Assembly (NCBI GenBank): GCA_051251915.1
Contig: JBPOGF010000031.1
Span: 1 to 32,794 of the forward strand
Origin: Akkermansiaceae bacterium
GTDB lineage: Bacteria > Verrucomicrobiota > Verrucomicrobiia > Verrucomicrobiales > Akkermansiaceae
Length of the DNA: 32,794 nucleotides
Direction of reading: 5' to 3'
The notes beneath the pieces were generated by a model. It did not search any database, was not told the DNA's origin, and was given only the letters and a program-made list of their open reading frames with translations. Positions 27,514 to 32,794 of the stretch are shown piece by piece. The stretch's first letter is position 1. Every line of letters starts with the position of its first letter. The position numbers were made by a program, and so were the translations under genes.

Positions 27514-27878
27514 AATTTGACGTGAATTTAATTACTATAATTCAATCAGTCAAGATTTAATGCAATATTATTGATATCTTATTGATGTAAATTATTAAGA
27601 GGGGGGGCAATGTGGGAGTGAGCTTTTTTAATTAGTTATTAAAGTAGGCATGATTTGGAGTTTTTCTGTCGAAATATTTTTTGGGTCAACAGTTTAGTTT
27701 GGCTTCTTCTTGAGTTAGTTCTTCGCCAGTTATTTTACCAAAATCAGTTTGTTGCGGGAAGTGTTGCCAAATTTAGAATACCATTGGTATTCTAATTGAG
27801 TCCTCTTTCCTAGAATGAGTAGGGCTGCGCGAAGTACCCTTGCGACTCTACAATATCATCTCTAGTGATAAGTATTAT

Positions 27879-27903
27879 AAAAAGGGTTTGGCTCGAATGG
27901 CAC
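27879..27903 (+). mobile_element. REP-like half-site plus IS4-type terminal repeat stub (GAATGGCAC)
   Basis: AAAAAGGGTTTGGCTC followed by GAATGGCAC; same architecture as 32681-32715 and the inverse of 29741-29775. Confidence 0.5.
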
Positions 27904-27959
27904 AGGATTTTCAATAGATTAATATTGCTTAACTAAACGAGAGTTGTTATGCACGCGAT

Positions 27960-28994
27960 ATGATAAATATATACTGTTCTCTTTTATTGTTAGCTACACT
28001 AGTCACAGTCTCAAAAGGAGCATCGTTGCTTGGTGTGCGTCTCGGTGCGGGTGTAATTGAATCATACCAAATTGATTCTTCTACGGGAGAAACTACTGCT
28101 TTGGCTAATCCTAGCGTGGGGATTTCGGGTGGTTGGTCTGATGGAATGTTTGCCATGGATCGTAGGAATGGTGTGCATTACATAGCGACTGATCCATCTG
28201 GGACTGGAGGAGCAAACCTCTACGGGATAGATAGTAGTAATGGGAGTGTTCTCTCTTCTACCACAATGACTGGAGCAGCCCCTTCGCGAATTGATGCCAT
28301 GGAAGTGCTGAGTGATGGTAGTATTATTGGCGTTCGTACGCGCTATGGAGCAACTAATTATATGGATACCTATCATATTAATCCAATCACGGGTGTAGCG
28401 TCAGCATTAAGCACGCCTTCGTTTACCTTAGCTGGTAGTTGGGGTGATGGAATGTTTTCGGTTGATGAGGCAAATGACCGCTATTATGTGATGACTACAA
28501 AATCAGGAGAGAGTGCCACATTACATAGCTTGGAACTGAGTTCAGGAGATTTACTGTCGGCTACTAACTTAATAGGAGCGGTGCCACTTAGGATTGATGC
28601 GATTCAAATTCTTGCCGATGGAACATTGTTGGCTATTGATCAGGGAAGTAGTGCTTTCGATACTTATTCCATTGATACGGCAACGGGGACGGCTACAGCT
28701 TACACAAACTCGAGCTTTCCTGCTGCTGGTGGCTGGGCTGAGGGCATGATGGCCGTGAGTGAGGGCGATGGTGAGTTTTATTTCACAACAGACCCTAGTG
28801 GTTCAGGTTCAGCTAGCCTCTTTACCATGGACCTCGACGATGGTTCACAGACATCAAGCATCTCACTCACCGGTACTGACGCACCTATTAGAATTGATGC
28901 TTTCGCACTGGCTGATCCCATTCCTGAGCCTACAACACTGTTATCTTTGATAGTAGGTCTGGGTTCACTTGTATTGCGTCGACAGCGTCGATAA
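27960..28994 (+). CDS. PEP-CTERM protein with three ~100-aa internal repeats (likely beta-propeller)
   Basis: Y.I(D/N)..TG...GxWx(D/E)GM...P.RIDA occurs three times; C-terminal IPEPTTLLSLIVGLGSLVLRRQRR. Confidence 0.9.
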   Translation: MINIYCSLLLLATLVTVSKGASLLGVRLGAGVIESYQIDSSTGETTALANPSVGISGGWSDGMFAMDRRNGVHYIATDPSGTGGANLYGIDSSNGSVLSSTTMTGAAPSRIDAMEVLSDGSIIGVRTRYGATNYMDTYHINPITGVASALSTPSFTLAGSWGDGMFSVDEANDRYYVMTTKSGESATLHSLELSSGDLLSATNLIGAVPLRIDAIQILADGTLLAIDQGSSAFDTYSIDTATGTATAYTNSSFPAAGGWAEGMMAVSEGDGEFYFTTDPSGSGSASLFTMDLDDGSQTSSISLTGTDAPIRIDAFALADPIPEPTTLLSLIVGLGSLVLRRQRR

Positions 28995-29095
28995 AAATGC
29001 AATTCAAGCATAGAAGTTGTCCTCCCTCCCATTAATGACTTCATTCTCGTTACTATAAAAAGTATAAACGATTATAATAAAAAGGGGCTGTCCCC

Positions 29096-29759
29096 AGGGC
29101 TACCTATAGCGTGGCCAAGACCAGTCTAGCAAAAGAGATTATCTTATACAAAAAGCAGTGGGGAAGCCTGCCTGCAGAGCTCTATCTAGGTCAAATTCAT
29201 GCTATTGTCAGTGTTCCTGGATTTAGAACTGAGTCATTTTACATCGTGACGACTCTTACTGATCCCTAGGAACTCAGTGCTGCTGAAATAGCTGATCTTT
29301 ATCTTCAGAGATGGAATGTGGAACTCTACTTTATAGACATTAAAACCACAATGGGAATGGATGTCCTAAAGTGCAAAACTCCAGATATGGTGCACAAGGA
29401 AATCATCATGCACTTTATCGCATATAACAGTCTGCGCATGCTGATGTATGAAGCCGCTGAGGAGCAAGGAGTCGACGTGAATCGTCTAAGTTTTAAGGGT
29501 AGCTTACAGGCTCTAAGGCAATGGGAACCACACTTAAATCACGCTCAAATGAGCAAACAAGATCGATTCCGCACCCTGTCTGCACTCTACGAGGCCATAG
29601 CTGATAATGAAGTTCCCCTAAGACCAGGAAGGCAGGAGCCAAGATGTATCAAACGGCGCCCCAAACCCTACCAGCTTTTAACCTCCCCAAGAGATCAAAT
29701 GAAGGAGGCTCCACATCGTAGTAAATACTGAGCAAACAAACCTTAACTTAGCGCCATTC
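29096..29759 (+). mobile_element. IS4-family transposase 3' fragment (pseudogene) with right terminal repeat
   Basis: IVTTLTDP*...LYLQRWNVELYFIDIK (YREK motif), SFKG, RPGRQEPRCIKRRPKPY; premature stops; end CCTTAACTTAGCGCCATTC at 29741-29759. Confidence 0.88.
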
Positions 29760-30164
29760 CGGACTGCCCCCTTTTCCTTTAGTCATGCTTTTTTAAAGTT
29801 TGTAGAAAGCTCAACGGCATATCTCTAGTTAGCACCTCAGGGTTTCGTGTATTGGTCATTTTACAGAGCAAACAGCATGCCTTCTCGCTGACCCGACCCT
29901 GAACAATTACTTAATAAAAATCCTTACCCTTTTATACATAAATAGGCTATCGGTATTGACTTGCCCAGTAAAGAGCCATGCGGGTGGTGTTGAATAGCCG
30001 CGGGAATTCGTTAAATGGGGGCAATGTGCATTTGTTCGAAAGGTATTTTGCAACCAGCGCGGACTTGCCGAATGGCCATTGTCAGCTAGGGAATCCTGCA
30101 AGATGTTTTGCCCCGTGCAGGCTTAGTATATTGGTGGTCACCACAAGAGCCGACCGCCTTTTAT

Positions 30165-31079
30165 ATGCACACTTTCGCTGACTATGTTCAATCCTACAGA
30201 GGTTTCCTGAGTCCCAAGACCAGTGGTTACCTTGTCCTCTACAGCGTCGTGATCATCTGGGCTGGCTTTGCGTTGACCCTTCGTGCTATCAGCACCTCAG
30301 GCCTCACCACCGCGGATGTAGCCTTGATACGCTTCGCCGTTCCGGTCATCGCGCTGTTACCGGCCTTTGCCAGCCGTTTTGCTGAGCTAAAAAAACTACG
30401 CCTGAGCGATGCCCTGATGGTGCTTTGCGGGGGCATTCCGTTTTTTTTCATCGCCTCAGAAGGAGCCCGCACCACCTCCGCCACCCACGTGGGTGCCTTG
30501 GTCGCCGGCACAGCCCCCCTTTCGGTGAGTCTTGTTTATTTCGTGTTAGAACGCCGAGGTCTTCCCCGCAGACAGTGGCTGCCCTTGGCTATCATCGTTG
30601 CTGGTGCGCTCGGTCTGGTTCTTGCTCATTCTGCGGGAATGAACTCCGAGATGATCGGAGGCATGGGTTATCTGCTCATGGCCAGTTTGTTATGGGGTGT
30701 CTATAGCGTCGGTCTGCGCCGATCCGGACTGGATGCAATCGGCAATGGTATCGTGCTAGCAGTTGGATCTCTGGTGGTGCTCATCATGCTGATGCTAACA
30801 GGAGAGGTGCCCAGCCATCTGGATACGATCACCTTTGAACAAGTGGCTCCCTTTCTGTTGATTCAGGGACTTGGTGTCGGACTGCTTTCCACGGTTGGTT
30901 ATGCCTTTGCTATTTCTCGGTTAGGAACTTCGAAAAGCGCCACTATCGGCTCACTGGCTCCAGCCCTCGCGGCGATTCTCGCCGTCCCGTTCCTCGGTGA
31001 ATCGATCTCATTGAGCACCGCCGTGAGTATCTTCCTGATCACCATGGGAGCGATCCTTTCTAACCGCTCTGCATCCTAA
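30165..31079 (+). CDS. DMT/EamA family transporter
   Basis: About 10 TM helices in two EamA repeats (IWAG, RFAV, AISRLG, P.LAAILAVPFLGE); ATG 30165 chosen. Confidence 0.9.
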   Translation: MHTFADYVQSYRGFLSPKTSGYLVLYSVVIIWAGFALTLRAISTSGLTTADVALIRFAVPVIALLPAFASRFAELKKLRLSDALMVLCGGIPFFFIASEGARTTSATHVGALVAGTAPLSVSLVYFVLERRGLPRRQWLPLAIIVAGALGLVLAHSAGMNSEMIGGMGYLLMASLLWGVYSVGLRRSGLDAIGNGIVLAVGSLVVLIMLMLTGEVPSHLDTITFEQVAPFLLIQGLGVGLLSTVGYAFAISRLGTSKSATIGSLAPALAAILAVPFLGESISLSTAVSIFLITMGAILSNRSAS

Positions 31080-31105
31080 CTGACAGTTCACATTTCTCCG
31101 ACTTT

Positions 31106-32284
31106 ATGATTTCCCGACTCGCTGCTGCTGAATCCGATCCACTTTGGGCGCTCACAAGCCTATACGGCAATGATCCACGTGATGAAAAAATTGACCTCGT
31201 AGTAGGGGTGTATCGTGATGGTGCTGGCAAGACGCCCGTTATGACGGTGGTCCAGGAAGCGGAAGCGCGTCTGGCAGCCGAGGCGGCATCCAAGTCGTAT
31301 CGTGGCCTCTCTGGAAATCCGGAATTCATCGATGGCATCTCGCGCTTTATTCTCGGGCAGGAGAGCCCTGTCATAGATCGACAATGTACGATTCAAACGG
31401 TGGGAGGAACCGGAGCCTTGCGACTACTGGCTGATTTCATCCCTCACATTTCACCCAGAGCCACGGTTTGGATTTCCGACCCAGGCTATGTGAACCATCA
31501 CCCGATCATGACGGCTGCTGGGCTCAAGATTAGATCCTATCGGTGGCAAGAACAACGTTACGATCACAAGCTCGACCTAACAACCGTGATCGAAGATCTT
31601 GCCGATGCCCAAGCTGGCGACGTGCTACTGCTCCATGGTTGCTGTCACAATCCTTCCGGCATCGATCCCAGCTACGATCAGTGGCAAGAGCTTTCACGCC
31701 TCTGTTACGAGAAGAAGCTGATCCCATTTGTGGACATTGCTTACCAAGGCTTTGGCGATGGCGTGGACGAGGATGCCGCTGGCCTCCGCCATATGGCCAG
31801 TGAGCATGAACTGATGTTCGTAGTGGCCAGCTGCTCTAAGAATATGGGACTCTACTGCGAACGCACTGGAGCGGCGATGATCATTGCACCTGATCAGAAA
31901 TCTCTGGCGAACATTCGCTTCACCTTGGAGAGAATAGCCCGTGCGAACTACTCAATGCCTCCTAACCACGGCTCTGCCATCGCCGCGATGTTGTTTCAAA
32001 ATCCTGAGCCTTGGCTGGCAGAGTTAGAGATCTGTCGCCGCCGGGTGGCCGACATCCGAAAAGACCTTGCCGACGAGTTGCTAGAAATCAATGCTCCGGA
32101 AAAGTTTCAAAGCCTCCGCTATCAGAAGGGCATGTTCTCGCTGCTACCGGTCACGCCGGCCGAGATGGAAAAGCTCCGTGACGACTTCGGGATTTATGGC
32201 ACCACCAGCTGTCGGATTAACATCGCTGGTCTTGCCTGCCATGAGATTCCCGCTGTGGCCAAGTCACTGCTCGCCATTTCCTGA
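31106..32284 (+). CDS. Aromatic amino acid/aspartate aminotransferase (TyrB/AspC family)
   Basis: KIDLVVGVYRD, QTVGGTGAL, LHGCCHNPSGID, DIAYQGFG and SCSKNMGLYCERTG (PLP Lys) motifs. Confidence 0.94.
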   Translation: MISRLAAAESDPLWALTSLYGNDPRDEKIDLVVGVYRDGAGKTPVMTVVQEAEARLAAEAASKSYRGLSGNPEFIDGISRFILGQESPVIDRQCTIQTVGGTGALRLLADFIPHISPRATVWISDPGYVNHHPIMTAAGLKIRSYRWQEQRYDHKLDLTTVIEDLADAQAGDVLLLHGCCHNPSGIDPSYDQWQELSRLCYEKKLIPFVDIAYQGFGDGVDEDAAGLRHMASEHELMFVVASCSKNMGLYCERTGAAMIIAPDQKSLANIRFTLERIARANYSMPPNHGSAIAAMLFQNPEPWLAELEICRRRVADIRKDLADELLEINAPEKFQSLRYQKGMFSLLPVTPAEMEKLRDDFGIYGTTSCRINIAGLACHEIPAVAKSLLAIS

Positions 32285-32339
32285 ACACAGGCACAGCTTG
32301 CGAAGGCGCAAGTGGCATTATTCAGCTCCGGCACAGACT

Positions 32340-32568
32340 CTCTTGAGACAGTTCTTCCGGTGTATTGATTTAGCGTCTCGATGAAGATCCAGGTGTCCAT
32401 CACCCTCAGTGTGGAAAAGGCTTTTTCATATTCAGCAATGGCTTCCAGACTGATGGTCTGCTCAGATTCAAGGTGAAACGTATCCATGTTGCAGTTTGAG
32501 AAGCTTCTCTCACCGATCTCCGTGTCGACCACGCGGGTGATCTTTTCATGCCGTGGGTCTCGCTCGAG
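32340..32568 (-). pseudogene. 5'-truncated BLUF blue-light sensor domain gene (boundaries approximate)
   Basis: LERDPRHEKITRVVDTEIGERSFSNCNM matches the BLUF C-terminal I..D.RH...I..R.F..W.M pattern; the N-terminal Tyr/Asn/Gln segment is absent. Confidence 0.65.
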
Positions 32569-32646
32569 ATCAACCCCTTTCTCCACCTCTTCGATCACCA
32601 CAACAAAGTCCACAGGGACACAACTAAAAAAGCAAATACCTAGCAG

Positions 32647-32696
32647 CATAAAAAGGGTCCATAAAAGACATAAAAGAACATAAAAGGGTCTAACCC
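32647..32696. repeat. Stuttered CATAAAA(G) repeats ending in a REP-like half-site
   Basis: CATAAAAAGGGTC-CATAAAAGA-CATAAAAGAA-CATAAAAGGGTC-TAACCC. Confidence 0.75.
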
Positions 32697-32715
32697 GAAT
32701 GGCACGGACTTAAGG
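32697..32715 (-). mobile_element. IS4-family terminal inverted repeat stub
   Basis: GAATGGCACGGACTTAAGG; its reverse complement CCTTAAGTCCGTGCCATTC closely matches the IS4 end at 29741-29759. Confidence 0.7.
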
Positions 32716-32794
32716 ATACTCATCGATGAATTTCTGTTAGAAAATACTATCAGAAAAAGCCTGTCTATGGTTGATTAATGTGTGAATAAAAACG

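Noticed and set aside
27640..27770. Possible minus-strand gene fragment (QQTDFGKITGEELTQEEAK)
   Set aside because: Too short and interrupted to assign without a database search.

Overview
Bacterial chromosomal window, most likely Verrucomicrobiota or another PVC lineage (PEP-CTERM proteins, Cys-type sulfatase, ThuA-domain protein, membrane Ser/Thr kinase). It has four zones. (1) 1-3.1 kb: an integrase-less array of integron-type gene cassettes, with one full attC and one truncated attC. It is interleaved with two ~92%-identical 3' remnants of a IIB-type group II intron, starts with an (ATGTTGA)11 repeat and ends in an IS110 transposase stub. (2) 3.2-16.5 kb: mostly ordinary genes, namely GNAT, ThuA, nitroreductase, a Maf-diacylglycerol kinase fusion, rlmB, parA, an SRP RNA with an atypical apical loop, Ser/Thr kinase, lgt, purple acid phosphatase and a TPR-like protein. 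(3) 16.5-25.5 kb: an 8-gene minus-strand fatty-acid modification operon resembling furan/cyclopropane fatty-acid clusters, followed by a sulfatase. (4) 25.5-32.8 kb: decayed IS630, IS30 and IS4 elements (IS4 ends sit at REP-like palindromes), two PEP-CTERM genes, and a compositionally foreign block with EamA, an aromatic aminotransferase and a truncated BLUF domain. All calls are from visual motif recognition; no searches were run.
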